64,000 nucleotides of DNA from Lepidodermella squamata (taxonomy: Eukaryota; Animalia; Gastrotricha), in the NCBI GenBank assembly GCA_047495785.1, contig JBLDXI010000012.1:1318592-1382591 (forward strand), given 5' to 3'. This document shows, one piece after another, positions 11,837-24,293 of the stretch. The notes under the pieces were generated by a model, which was not told where the DNA came from, made no database searches, and saw only the letters and a list, made by a program, of their open reading frames with translations. A program made the position numbers and the translations under genes. Position 1 is the stretch's first letter. Every line of letters starts with the position of its first letter.

Positions 11837-12373
11837 TTAACCTGACTTGTCGAGGCAGGCTTTGACCTTTTTCCAGTAAACATCAGTCGAGCTTGATTTG
11901 CAACCTTTCGGGCCTCCGTTGTGAATTCGAGCGTGATCCTAATTAACGGCGCAATAATTTATATGGCGAAGTTGTACGGGTGACAAATGTTAGCTATACC
12001 TCACAAGTTGGTGCCTTTCCACCTGTGCAATAGGTTCCGTAACGGTCCATATAATTATTAATGCATTTCTCTGAACAAGCCATTGAATTTGAGCACTTTT
12101 TCCAGTCGGAATCGACGCCGCCTTTCTCCTTGCAATCGGTGTGGTAGACTTGCTTGATTTGGTACGGACCGCAAGAAAGCGAGCCGAGGTCCATTATACA
12201 GCCGAAATTTACATTACAGTTGCTCTCCACCTTAAAAAACGCTTCAGTAAATATGCCGCAATTAGGTATCGTCAAATTACCTGGCAGATGCATTTCAAAC
12301 ACTTGTCATCGACACGTGCCGCTGCTAACGCAAAAATAGCAGCGAAAAAGAAACAAAACTTCGAAGAAATCAT
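11837..12373 (-). CDS. Invertebrate (i-type) lysozyme / destabilase (exons 12373-12281, 12230-12000, 11938-11837; 141 aa)
   Basis: MISSKFCFFFAAIFALAAARVDDKCLKCICQVESNC...MDLGSLSCGPYQIK...CINNYMDRYG...TCEDHARIHNGGPKGC...YWKKVKAC; hallmark CLxCICxxES, SCGxxQIK and HNGGPxGC motifs. Confidence 0.95.
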
Positions 12374-15300
12374 AGTTTTATAATTGAAGGTCAACGAGAC
12401 AAAATGCGCGCAATAAATGCGTGACCTGGTTTTAATATATATATAGTCCGGCCCTAATTACTCCTAGCACTTATTATTTTTTATTCACTTGATAGGAAGT
12501 TCGGCTTTCAGATAAACACGGTAATTTTCCGCTGATATTACACACCGAGTAAATTTCCGAAGTAATTCTAGAAACCGTGAGAAGTAATTTGGAACACCAG
12601 GCGGCGTCATTTATATTTAAGGTCACACACCCTTTGGCCTGAAAAAAAGCGACCAGGTAAGCAGGGGAAATAACACACTTACGATGCTAGGAAAGCAACA
12701 TTAATAATTCGTTAATTACGACGATGGCAGAATAGAACAAAAGTTGTTGCTTGGGGGAGGGTGTTTTAAATCGGCGTTTGCTCAACTAAAATGTTCACAA
12801 ATAATATTTTGTCTAAACAGTGAACAGTATTACCGTAAATTGGGGCAAAATGGCCGCGGGAAAAAAATTACCCCCTGATTTTTTCGCACCCTGTCGGAAA
12901 ATCCTAGACCGCAGAAGACTTTTCAGAATTCGTGACACTAAATTGGTGTACTTCGGCCTTCGTGTTTTATTCCCAAAAATGAATATCTGCGATTGACACC
13001 AGTTTGGTTGGATGCGGGCAACGGTTATTTCTTCTGAAATTTCGAAAAAAATGCAAGTTAATGGCTGGCCCGCAGTGAGCCGGTTTGATCACGTTGAAAT
13101 GGCGCAGCACGAATTGCCCCGATTTGGCTGATTTTAAGGTGGCTTGATCGAAAAAAAATATTTCCAAAATCATGCCTCGAATTTTGTTCTTCGTGAATTC
13201 ACGCGTTCAACTTTGAATCTAGCTCATGTTTCGATCGCTCCAATCTCACCGAAAGCTATAAAACTGTCATTTTGTACCGCAACTCGTGAAATCTTGTCGT
13301 AGTAGCATATAATATGCGATTGAAATACGGAGTTTTTATTTTAAGGTTATGGATAATTGCTTGATCTCTGTCGATGAAAATGTTTCGGGAGTTTACGGAG
13401 ATCTGTGGGAAAACGGATCGATGAGGAAAATCGACAGGATCGGCTGATTGATGGGAAACGGTCGGCAATAAGCGGTCAGATTCAATTTTCTGCTATTTTT
13501 TTGGAAAATGATGCGATAAATGTCACGTGCTGAACTGGTCACAAGTATGAAGAAATAACGAAACAATCGCGCATTGACTTCATTCTTCTTCCTGTTTATT
13601 CCTGTTCAACCCATCTAAAGATCTTGATGAATTCGCCCAATAATCCCTTCCAGAGAATTTTCCGGAATTTTCCAATTAATTAAACAATTCGAAATAAATT
13701 GAACGTTGAAAGTTGGAATTATCCGTGATTTTCAGTATGAGGCCTGGTCATTTGATTTTCTGTGTGACTGACGGCGATTATTGTAATATTCTACCCAAAT
13801 TTCAGGTATACTATCACGACCCAACAATTCAGCAATCAGAAGTCAATTTAATTTACCCGATTACAATAATTAATTAATCTAATAAAATCTAATTAAAATG
13901 ATTTTTTGAGAATTCTTTGCCTGCTTTGTGTCCGAAATTAGAACAGTTCACTCTTTGCAAGGTCACAGGAATAACCTGCCACATTTAAAGCTGGAAAGAA
14001 TAAATTTTAAGCTCAATCGCCATGATATTGGATGACCTATTTTAGACGGATAGATGATCAATTAGAACTGAATTGATGAAACCTGATGGGGCTAGTCGAG
14101 GCTTCTGGTATTTGTTTCGCCAACTGACTTTTAAACTTGAAGATGGGTAGTCATCAGATAAAATGTACGACGTTCACTCAGTTTTATCGACGCAACGAAT
14201 CAGACGATATAATACAAAAATACTTAGTGTTAACGGTTCAGGTTCAGGTTCAGGTTCAGGTTATAATTATATAGGGGAAAAAACTGGAACACTTTGAACG
14301 GGATTCGTGTGGCCCCTGGGCATGAAATTCGCGAGAGCTTCGAAGGATCTATTGAAAAATGGTGGCAGCATTGTAATTTAATTTTAAATAAAAAATAATC
14401 GGAGAGAAAAACAAATGTCACTCGCTCAAAGCGGCACTGCATTGTTCCGTCATTAGCTTTCCTGTTGCGTAACAATGTGTCGTGACCTAATTTCATAAAA
14501 CGCGCATTCATTTGCTTTTTATTCTATTTGAAAGAACCGAATTTCGCTAAGTTAAGAACATCAACTCATCAACTTCCCAGCCGGCAGCTATTTTCTGCCC
14601 ATCACCCATCACCTTGATTTTATTGTCAGCTTAATTATTTGTTTAGTAAATAATCTTTCAATAGGTTATGTCGTCATGAACTTTATTCATGGTTAACGGC
14701 CGGCGTATAGTAACCTAGAAGAATTATAGTTAAAGAAAACAAGAAATTGTTCAATTTTAGCGGCAATTATCGAGTCTTTAAGCGAATCTATACGCTATGC
14801 GCTAAATCTCATTTGGCACCCGTGAAGACCGCCTGCCAGAATAATTTCACACGATTCAGGTTTGATTTTAAAACAAATCCGGGCGTAGCAATAATTTTGA
14901 AAAATTTTGATGATTCGTTTCCCACTAATTGACCGACTTATATCAGCGAAACTTCAACCTTCGATCATGCATTTTTCTCAAGTGATTCTCAGGCATTATT
15001 AGAAATTGAAATTTTCGGAGACATATTATAGGAAACCATTGACATGTTATAAAAATTATAGTAGAATATTTGGATATTAGGTTCGCGGAATTTTCCTAAA
15101 TTAGTTTGCGTTTAGTAAATTTGTTCCTAATCTCCTTGTTTTTCAGGAAATGGGAAATGGCATTGGGATTGGCAGCAATGGCTGCGGTTTGGTGACTTGA
15201 TCGTTAAGCGTTAAGGTGGCAATAAGCTACACCCGTGTCACGTCTCGATCTGTCTGACAATGACTTAAAACACTGATCAAAATAGACCAATCTAGCCGCG

Positions 15301-15694
15301 ATGACGCTCAATTTTGCGCGACGTCTTGAATACTGAAACTGATGGAGAGGTCGAATTTAATTTTTTTTCATCATTTTATACACTTTTTTATTTTTAACGT
15401 ATGAAATTCAACGGGCGTTATAGTCGTTCAGTGAGCGGTTTACGCGTCTTGATCGCGTCTTTTGGCAAGCAAGATTGCAAACAGCACGACAGGTGAGAAA
15501 AATCTGCGAACTTTTTACAAATTGTTCATTAAATTATTTGATAATTTTCGAAAATTATTCGCGAATCGCAATGTTTTAGGAAAAATTGAGATTTTTTACG
15601 AATTCGTTCCATGCTGAATTTGCTAATTTTTCCGCATTTAATCTAGCGATAATTTCCCCATAAATTGAGCGTTTATGTATATTGACGTTGTTTT

Positions 15695-16531
15695 TCAGGC
15701 AATGTTATTCGGATTGGCAGAATATGCTGGAATGGCCGTAGATTGATGACTGAAGCGCCAAGGCGGCGAGCTATGCCCGTGCGAGAATAACTGGAATGGC
15801 TTAATCTTAAAGATTTTCATGCCGTTGACCGTCGCGATGGTTTGCTGTTTGCTGGCGGCCGCAGACGCTTCGGTCTCTTCTTTCTTCTTATAGCCCAGCC
15901 AGATTTCATGGTGGTTCTTCTCAACGTGACGGCGGGTGTTGCTAGATACCGAGCCGCTGCCGCATGTGATGACTTTCTCGAGCTTATTCTCCGCGCAAAT
16001 GAGACAGCGAAAAACAGGCGAGTTATTTTCGTTACGACCCATAAACGCAAACTTTTCTCTAGTTATAATATCCGAAACGCGAGGTGGGTCTCCCAACTTC
16101 AGTTGGTTAGCCGAATAAGTAATCTTTTTCGACTTTTTCGACATAGCGATTTTATTTTTGAGCGAGATAAATTTCGCATTTTTACGAGGCGTATTTATTC
16201 GCCTTGAAGCGGATCAGATTATTACCACAGCCACCTCATCGTTAGCCCTTGAGTTGAGCCGTACTAATAATTACGCGATGATCACCACACATGCAAGAGG
16301 AGCCCTCGATCGGAGCACGCGCACAGCTTGATTGCGTGTCGCGATAAACCGCGCACCGGCGCCTCGCTAACGATAATCCTCGACGGTAAACACTTGCCCG
16401 GTGATCAAATCACAAATCAACTCAAATCACACCTGGCCATTTTCAACTCAAATCAAATCAACTCAAAAACCCTGAAAATTGAGCCAAATCAAATCCAAAT
16501 CAAATCAAATCAACTCAAATCGAGATCACTG
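15695..16531 (-). mobile_element. hAT-like transposon remnant: BED zinc-finger ORF plus terminus with subterminal repeats
   Basis: ORF 15695..16144 has FRCLIC...SSNTRRHVEKNHHEIW (BED finger); AAATC/AACTC pentamer repeats 16403-16521 end in GAGATCACTG (CAGTGATCTC on the minus strand); no catalytic domain seen. Confidence 0.65.
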
Positions 16532-16623
16532 ATCTTTGATATTTCGCAATTCTTCGATTCTTATTTCTGTGATTTTTTCTGTGTAATTTTCATGAATTTA
16601 CGTGAAAATAGTGATTTGTGATG

Positions 16624-16741
16624 TCCAAGTCATCTATTTTGAGAAGAGTGGTCACCACCGGTGATTCGAGATCTGCCTTCGATTTGGGATGATATTCGAA
16701 TCGCCGTTGGGTATAACACTTCTCAAAATAGATAACTTGGA
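16624..16741. repeat. ~118-nt hairpin
   Basis: TCCAAGTCATCTATTTTGAGAAG...CTTCTCAAAATAGATAACTTGGA with inner pairing CCACCGGTGATTCGA/TCGAATCGCCGTTGG. Confidence 0.7.
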
Positions 16742-17191
16742 GCCACAATTTTCCCGAATCTAACTCGAGGCTTTTGAAAATAAAGTAAATGAAATAGTTA
16801 AACTATGTGCTTTTGCGTCTCAAATCGCATCAATTCGTTGAAATCAAGCACGCGCAGTGGATGAGAAGGAACCGCATTGCACACCAAATCCACCCTAATT
16901 TTTAGCCCACATTGGGGCGAGTTCGGACCAAGTCGCGCCAGGCTCTGCTGTCAAGTGGAGCATGTTGGACCAAAGTCACTCTTTCTATTTTGGCCTTGAT
17001 TAAGCCGAAATAGGGGTGCCGTAATTAGGGCCAGTTGGGACGAGTGATTTTTTCAATGGTCTGGTCCAAAGTACACCACGTTTAGACCAAGATTTTTCAA
17101 CAGGGCATTTTTACACGTTTCAGAGGGTCCTGATTCCGATTTTATAGGAAGCTCATTTTGCCCCAGGTTTGGGGCAAATTGGACAGGTGTT

Positions 17192-17696
17192 TTGGGGCTA
17201 ATTGGCCACCCTCATCCTTATAATGGGTTTTTAATATTTAGTGATTGTGATGGTTGAATGGTCGAGTGGTTGTGATGCGTCCATCAGAACTTGAGTGATC
17301 TGATGAGCGACGGTTCGAATCCTCATAAAGCAGCATTTTTTTGCTCCGCATTTCATTTTTTTAATTTTTTTGTTTTAATTGTCCATTTTAATAATTTTTA
17401 ATTAGTTTCTCCGTTTTTTCTGAGAGTTTTATTGCTGAGCAACTTTTAAACGTCTCCCGAACAAAAAAATGTCCGGCATACGTGGTGCTAGTGGAATAAT
17501 TAAAATGGAAAATTAATAACAAAATTAAAAAAATTAAATGCGGAGCAAAAAAATGCTACTTTATGAGGATTCGAACCGTCGCTCATCAGATCACTCAAGT
17601 TCTGATGGACGCATCACAACCACTCGACCATTCAACCCTCACAATGACTAAATATTAAAAACCCATCATAAGGATAAGGGTGGCCAATTAGCCCCC
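17192..17696. repeat. Long inverted repeat (~200-bp arms), each arm with a tRNA-like A-box/B-box cassette
   Basis: Arms ~17192-17395 and ~17495-17696 are near-perfect reverse complements; TGGTCGAGTGG 17259-17269, GGTTCGAATCC 17312-17322, T7 17336-17342, all mirrored on the minus strand. Confidence 0.9.
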
Positions 17697-18369
17697 ATCA
17701 TTGAGTTTTCCATGGGGTAATTTGGCCACAATCACCTAGCCATACCTGTGCATCGCCTGGGGTCGCGGTTTTTTTTGCTGTCATCTACGACGAAAATGGT
17801 CGAAGGAAAAAAATTCATCTGAACATCAAACCTCGTGATTGGCTCCAGGTAATTCAATTTAGAGGGGTCATTTTTGCCTCCCTAAACTCACCTCTGTGCA
17901 ACAACATGCTGTGACGTCATTTCGGGACATACGAGGCTGAAAATTTGCAGGCTTGTAGGAGGCTTGTTGATAATCGTCCCCGTAAATTTTTGTGAAGTTT
18001 TACCCTGTAGTTTTTGAGCTATCAATAAAATGGTGAAAACCTCAATTTTTGGCCAATTAGCCCCAAAGGTTCATTTTGCCCCAAATGACGGTACGGTATT
18101 ATCAAAATGCGTGTATGTATCAAAATGTCGACAGATTTCAGGATTCTCGCCCGATCAGCCTAAATCTATATACGTGGCTCAAATTTGACATAAATATTAA
18201 AAAAAAATTTATTGGGCCCTTCATCTCTCTTGCAGCGATTATCAGAAATCGACAGCGAGTAGTATCAAAAGATTCACAAGGCTCATCGTAAAGAGGATAG
18301 GCGTCGAAGAAAAACGATGAATCAGAATGAGAGCTCAATAATATAGCTTTGGTATAATGTGTTGTTCAA

Positions 18370-19746
18370 TTAGAAGGCACTGAAAACGGCGAAAATAGCA
18401 CAAAGAGAAGTGATTCCTAAGCTTCCAACAGACTTCGGGCTGATAGATTTACTTGCTAGTAAGCTAACAGCTCCGATTGCTTGCTTATCCAGTTCTTCAT
18501 CATAGTACCGGAAATACAGCGCATTGTTATAATAAGACAGCCCAGCGACCTGCTCATGCGTTCCATCAATGATGATGCCAGTTTTTTTGTACATGACGGT
18601 TAACCCTTTACATATTTCGGAGAAGATGAACTCATCCGTTACTATAGTGTTAGGCCGTGCACTTCTACCCTTGCCCCACTTGACACATGGAAAAACCGCG
18701 ACCAAGTTTCCGGTGATAACGTCAATGACAACCAATTCCTTAGTAGAATATCTCGGCGCATAGATGTGCTTTCCATCCGTGGCCATATCGGCAGGTGAAT
18801 CGGTCCAAGATGAGCTGAATTTGTAAGTCCAATCGACAGCCATCTTCGCGCCTCTTGTTATGTCAATACCGTGGAATTTCACCTCACAATTCGTGAAGAT
18901 GTCGACGAGGCAGGTCTTAGAAGCGACAATAGCTCGATTTCCAATTAACAACGGTATGAACCTGCTTGCTGCCGAGGTAAACAAGGTGGGGTCTTGAAAT
19001 TGAAGTGTGTCAAGAATTTCCCCACTTTCGGCGTCTATCTGTGTCAACGAGAAGGCATGTGATACAAAGAGTCGAGAATCTTCGCTTAACGAAGCTGCGT
19101 AAAGTACGGAATTGTCAACAGTCGGAATGGTGACTGTCACTGTTGCATTCCACAGCATTTTTTCCTTCGCATTCCATTCGTAAAACCCAATAACATTTTT
19201 CGACTGCTCGGCAACCGTGTACCAGAATTCCGAGCTTATTGCATCGGAAAAGTCAAATCCCTCGCTGTACGTATTCGTATCAAATTGGAGCAGTGTCATA
19301 CTTCCGAAGTGTTTGTTGCTCAAATCGACTGAAATCTGCCTGACAGTAGCCGATTGCTTCGAGTTTAAAGTCTCGCATCGAACAAAGAGCGAAACTTTAC
19401 CGCCGAGTTCTGCTATTATCGGCTGGCCGCATACCAAATATTTCACACAACCAGCTAAGCAGATACGAGTAACGCGACGGCCATTGACCGCGCTGAAGAC
19501 GTTAAGCTGGCCGTAACCCTCGATTTGAAAAATCAATCCGTCGTGGGCAACGATTTGTCCAATTCCCATTGTTTTGAAATCGAGCGTTGCGTTAAACTTC
19601 CGCTTAAGCACAACGCATTTACTCGCCGCGATAGACTCGGCTTTGTAACCAGTGTGAGCTTGATCTCCGCCTAAGTTGGTCCATGAAGATCGAAAGTCAG
19701 CATAAGCTGAAGCCAGTAGTAAGGAAATTATGGTCAGCGATTTCAT
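18370..19746 (-). CDS. Intronless secreted, probably GPI-anchored PQQ-like (BamB-type) beta-propeller protein
   Basis: 458-aa uninterrupted ORF; signal peptide; WTNLGGDQAHTGY N-terminal motif; propeller-like repeats (FSAVNG, IDAESGEI, IDVITGNL, MYKKTG); hydrophobic C-terminus. Confidence 0.75.
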   Translation of the reverse strand: MKSLTIISLLLASAYADFRSSWTNLGGDQAHTGYKAESIAASKCVVLKRKFNATLDFKTMGIGQIVAHDGLIFQIEGYGQLNVFSAVNGRRVTRICLAGCVKYLVCGQPIIAELGGKVSLFVRCETLNSKQSATVRQISVDLSNKHFGSMTLLQFDTNTYSEGFDFSDAISSEFWYTVAEQSKNVIGFYEWNAKEKMLWNATVTVTIPTVDNSVLYAASLSEDSRLFVSHAFSLTQIDAESGEILDTLQFQDPTLFTSAASRFIPLLIGNRAIVASKTCLVDIFTNCEVKFHGIDITRGAKMAVDWTYKFSSSWTDSPADMATDGKHIYAPRYSTKELVVIDVITGNLVAVFPCVKWGKGRSARPNTIVTDEFIFSEICKGLTVMYKKTGIIIDGTHEQVAGLSYYNNALYFRYYDEELDKQAIGAVSLLASKSISPKSVGSLGITSLCAIFAVFSAF

Positions 19747-20843
19747 TGCAGTTGCACTGCTGTGGCCAGTTAGCAGTTAGTAGGAAACTGATATGAATAT
19801 ATTGCCGAAATTTTGAGCATATAATATAGACTGGAGTCTGGAATTGATTGATATAGCAATCGCAGTAAAAGACTGATAAAGCTTGAGGCTGTTGTCTGTG
19901 AATCGAACCTTGAAGTAGGCGGACTTATCTGCTCAGCGCGCTTCATACACATAGGGGTATACAAACTTTATCAGCAAAGAGCGCTCTATATAGTATATAG
20001 TTACGCCCTTCACCCAGAACGAGGCCAGCCAGCCATACTGTCCTTGTACGAGTTATGATAGAAATGATTCATCTGTACAATCATCTTGGTGTGTGACATT
20101 TTATACTTTTCGGGTGTGTCTGCACAAGAGATCAAGCCAACCGAAGGATTGGTGGTGGCCGAGTCGCATTTCTCGCAAACGCTGCTGCTTCGAAACGTCG
20201 AAAATGACCCGCGCGATGAGCCACCCGTAAAGCAAGCTAAACCCATGCCGATCTTCAATTTCTCGAATTGCTCCGTCGTTATTAACAATTAATCCGGCCC
20301 AAACACTTGTTTTAAAGTTTAAACATTCTAATAAAGGTTATTCACTTGTTCACTCGTTTGGTCAGAGTCTGAAGGTTGTAGTAAAGGGACTGGGAACGGA
20401 AATTGAAGTTGTGCAACATTATTTCAGGTGAGAGGTTTTCCCGAATTTTCGAGAGCATCAATTGATTTTCGAAAATAAAAAATCCACCCTAATCGTTTGA
20501 GCGGGCAGAAACATCGGGCAGAATCACTTTTTCCGTCTAGGCAAAAAATAACCAACTGGGCAGGAACGTATCAACCTGCCAGCAAGCTGTTGCATGTAAT
20601 CCGACTATCGGCCTGAAGACGCTAAGAAGTGCATTTCTCCTATGATTGAGGCTAAAAAACGATACAGAAATAGTGTTTCTGTATTCCTGTACAATACAGA
20701 AACACTTTTATTAAGACGGACTTTTTATTATCGCATTTTCCTATATAAATGGCGTACAAGATCACTTTTCCCCGCACTTTCTAGCTACGTTTCTCCGAGT
20801 TTTTAGCAGATACAGAGGAGAAAAGCAATCTCGGATTTACTCC

Positions 20844-20947
20844 GAATACAGAAACACTTTTCTTGTACTCATGACTGTATTCATCTTCGGTTCCTGCGGA
20901 ACCTCGATTCATACAGTCATTCGTACAAGAAAAGTGTTTCTGTATTC
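20844..20947. repeat. ~104-nt near-perfect hairpin
   Basis: GAATACAGAAACACTTTTCTTGTAC / GTACAAGAAAAGTGTTTCTGTATTC, inner ATGACTGTAT/ATACAGTCAT and GGTTCC/GGAACC; related motif copies at 20662-20708. Confidence 0.8.
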
Positions 20948-21549
20948 TGAGCCATCCAAGATTGCTTAATTGAATGATGCTATACCTGCCCAATTAGCTT
21001 TGATTAGCGGAAGTTATTTCGTCTAAATCACGGCAAATTTTTCACTGTAATCCGGATAACTTTCCCAGACCTTCGAGTGGGCCTTTCACTTACTAATTGG
21101 GAATCGCGATTCGCTGTCACTTTTCAGGCGCATGGTCGTCAGGTGTATTGACTGGGTAATGACAGGCCTTTGAATTATGGCAACACGGAGCTGTTTGGAT
21201 GTGATGGAATAAAAAATAATTCAGCATTAAGCAATGCACACCTGCACAATGCATGCAATGAACAATGTTACCGACTGAAAATTGTATGACTTGAAGACTG
21301 ATGAGCAATAGAAAGCTGACTACAGAATGAGATAGATCAAATTTGAATCAAAATTTAATTGCGATCTCATTAAATCAGTTACGCTGTGTAGAGATTTCCA
21401 ATTAGCAGATCGTTAGCAGCTTATAATTCAGTTGCTACGCTTCAATATGCTCTCTTGGTATATAATCTCGACGCGATTTCGGAGATGTATCACCATTCAA
21501 GTTCCATTCGAGCTATCCATTCCTCGTTTTCTCAATTCAAACCATAAAG

Positions 21550-22124
21550 ATGCGCGCTGTTTTCGCTTTGGCCGCTGTCGTTCTCTTGGCCCTCGGTAAA
21601 TATTTGAACACATCGTGTCAGGTCCAATAATCTTACTCGTTTTCTTACTTTCAGCTTTCTCCGAAGCTGAGGCTGGCCGTGGTAATAAGGGCAAAAGTGT
21701 CTCGAAGAGCGTCTCCTTCAGCGTGTCGTACAACCGGCAGCCGAAGAAGCACGCGATGAAGAAGGCCTTCGTCGCTGGGCGCAAGCACCGCCGTGCCTCG
21801 TTCTCCAAGTCCGTGTCCGCGTCGGTGTCGGCCCGCACGAACAAGCACACCCGCAAGGTCTCCACCAAGAAGTTCATGCGCGTGCACAAGCGCGGATCCA
21901 TGTCCGGCTCGTACTCGCGATCGGGCTCCTTCGGCGGCTACAACAAGAAGGGCGGCAACAAGCGCCACGGTGGCAAGAAGTTTGGCGGCAAGAAGTTCGG
22001 AGGCAAGAAGCACGGTGGCAAGCACGGCAAGGGTCGCAAGGGCAGCAAGAGCGGTAGCTACTCGGCCTCCAACAACTTCTCCTACTCGGTCGCCGTCGAG
22101 ACCGGTGCTGCTCCCGCTAAATAA
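21550..22124 (+). CDS. Secreted cationic Lys/Gly/Ser-rich protein, copy 3 (exons 21550-21595, 21655-22124)
   Basis: TATATAA near 21459; same signal-peptide exon and intron; lacks one RPAKK unit. Confidence 0.9.
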
Positions 22125-22995
22125 AAACATTTCAGAAAGAAAAGCGTCGTATGTGCTTCTTCAATGATAATTTATTCCGAAGTCTAATATTGAAATTTGA
22201 AATAAAGTTGAAATGTTCAACGACCCAGAGATTCGACCTAGTAGTTAGCAAGACCTTTGAAAAATAAGTCATAATTCATAAGGTAACACTTGCCGCAGAT
22301 GAAACAGTTGTAGTGTCGACAGCATCCAACCCCCCGTGTCCCGTGTCTGCGCCCCGTGTGAACTCTACCAGCGTGAATCTTGAGGCCGCGTTATAAAAGT
22401 TTTATTGCAAACCTTAAAAAGCATCTTGCTGCAATTAAAATCAATATTCTGTTTATTTCAAAACTGAAAATTGTTGGCCGAATAATTTATAGGTCGCGCG
22501 TAATTTTTCAAACTACGGGCTCTATTGAGCAATTTTCTTTTTACACAACGGTAAAAAGAGGCTCAGCGCTATGCTGGGGATGATCCCCTCAAAACACATC
22601 AGTTACTAACTTTGAACAACAACCAAAAATCAAAAGTCTAGTCGCGGTTATCAAAGTGTTATATGGATATTATGGATGTGAACCTAAATCACTCCAAACT
22701 TAAACCTCTAGCTACATCATAGAGTGATTCATTCCGTTCTCTATGAGATACAGCCACTGCTGGAGCTATGCCAATTTTTCCTCCTTGTCACAATGGCTTC
22801 AATCGCGTGCAGCGCGAAAGCACGAGCCGGTGGAATATACTTCGCGAATCTAATCGCGTGGCGTTGTTGACGCAGGCCCTATAAATTGCGATTTATGTTT
22901 TCGTTTAAATCATCACCTGCTTTTGCAATTTAAAGCTCATAGCAATCTTCTCGCTTTCATTTTCGTTCGTGTTTTGATCCTCTTCAAACTTTAAA

Positions 22996-24293
22996 ATGGC
23001 CTGCTCATACACCTCGATCCCCTCGACCTTCGCCGCTGGCTACACCAGCCCGATGAACGTCGAGAGCCTGCTCCGCAACAAGGTCGACATCTACTCGCCG
23101 TCGTCTGTTGAGCGCAGCCTCATCAACGCCGCCGTCCCGACCCCGTTCGCCGCCGCCGCCGGCATCCACAACGTCAACGCCTTCGCCTCGTCCCCGATCG
23201 CCTACAACACCTTCGCCTCGCCGATCGAGTGCGGAGCCGAGACCGGCCGCGTCTTCGGTGCCGAGTGCGGTGCCCAGCTGGCCGCCATCGTCGCCGCCCG
23301 CCTCAACACCTTCGTCGGCCAGGAGGTGGCCGTCCGCATCGGCGCCCAGTGGGGAGCCGAGATGTGCGCCAAGCTGGGTGCCGAGCTCGCCGTCAAGCTC
23401 GTCAACGGCTGGCCGGTCGAGCAGTGCGCCCGCTGGTGCTACACCTTCGGAGCCGAGCACGGCGCCGAACTGGGTGCCATCATCGCCCAGCGCCTGGGTG
23501 CCATCTACACCGCCGAGTTCGCCGCCCGCATCGGCGCCGAGCTCTTCGCCGACGTCTGCGCCAAGCAGTGCTACGTCATCGCCGCCCGCGTCGCCGAGTC
23601 GCGCTTCGGTGGTGCCCGCCTCGCCAACAACTGGACCGGCTCGTTCGAGCGCTTCGGTGGCATCAACTACCCGACCACCTTCGGCCCCTTCGGCGCCAAC
23701 ACCTGGTCGAACACCCTGTCGGCTGACAACAAGCTGTTCAACATCGCCTTCCGCCCGTCCTCCGAGGTCGAGCTCTACACCCTGACCCACCCGATCCGCA
23801 TGATCGACGTCGAGGGCAACCGCCAGCTGTACCTGTGCTTCGAGCTCAAGGGCTTCAAGCCTGAGGAAGTCACCGTCACCCTGAACAAGGCCGAGCGCGC
23901 CGTCGTCGTCGAGGCTGCCCACGAGGCCAAGGACGGCAAGGAGCACACCGTCGCCCGCAAGTACTCGCGCAAGTTCGTCCTGCCCGAGGTTAGTAAATCA
24001 CTGAACCTTCACCTACTTAAATGTTAATGCCATCTTTCTAGACCCTTGCCAAGATCGACCTGACCAAGGTTGAGCTCAAGTCGTGCCTGACCCAGGAGGG
24101 CCACCTCGTCGTCGAGTGCCAGCTGCCGAAGATGACCACCGAGGAGATCGCCAAGTGCCCGACCATGTCCGAGCTGTACAACAAGCTGCCCGCCTTCGGA
24201 GGCTTCAACGCCGCCGTCCAGGCCTTCGGCGGCATCAACGGCGTCAACTGCCACGTCAACGCCGTCAAGCCCGTCACCGTCAAGACCGCCTAA
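22996..24293 (+). CDS. Large small-heat-shock protein with GAE-repeat N-terminus, copy 2 (exons 22996-23988, 24042-24293; 414 aa)
   Basis: Protein identical to copy 1; TATAAAT near 22880; intron at the same position but of different sequence. Confidence 0.9.

Larger units (their letters stand above)
12831..18093. mobile_element. Composite non-autonomous DNA transposon bounded by ~22-bp terminal inverted repeats
   Basis: TACCGTAAATTGGGGCAAAATG (12831) vs CATTTTGCCCCAAATGACGGTA (ends 18093), 2 mismatches, TA at both ends; many subterminal GGGGC(A/T)AATTGG-type motifs in 17150-18085. Confidence 0.7.

Noticed and set aside
14580-15400. Exon-like segments with AG/GT boundaries inside the composite transposon
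   Set aside because: Could not assemble a coherent or recognisable reading frame
17252-17342. Functional tRNA gene
   Set aside because: A and B boxes are present but no proper acceptor stem or 7-nt anticodon loop could be folded
20086-20292. Short ORF ending PIFNFSNCSVVINN, reminiscent of Crypton/DUF3504 C-termini
   Set aside because: No recombinase motifs could be found upstream; too little evidence to call
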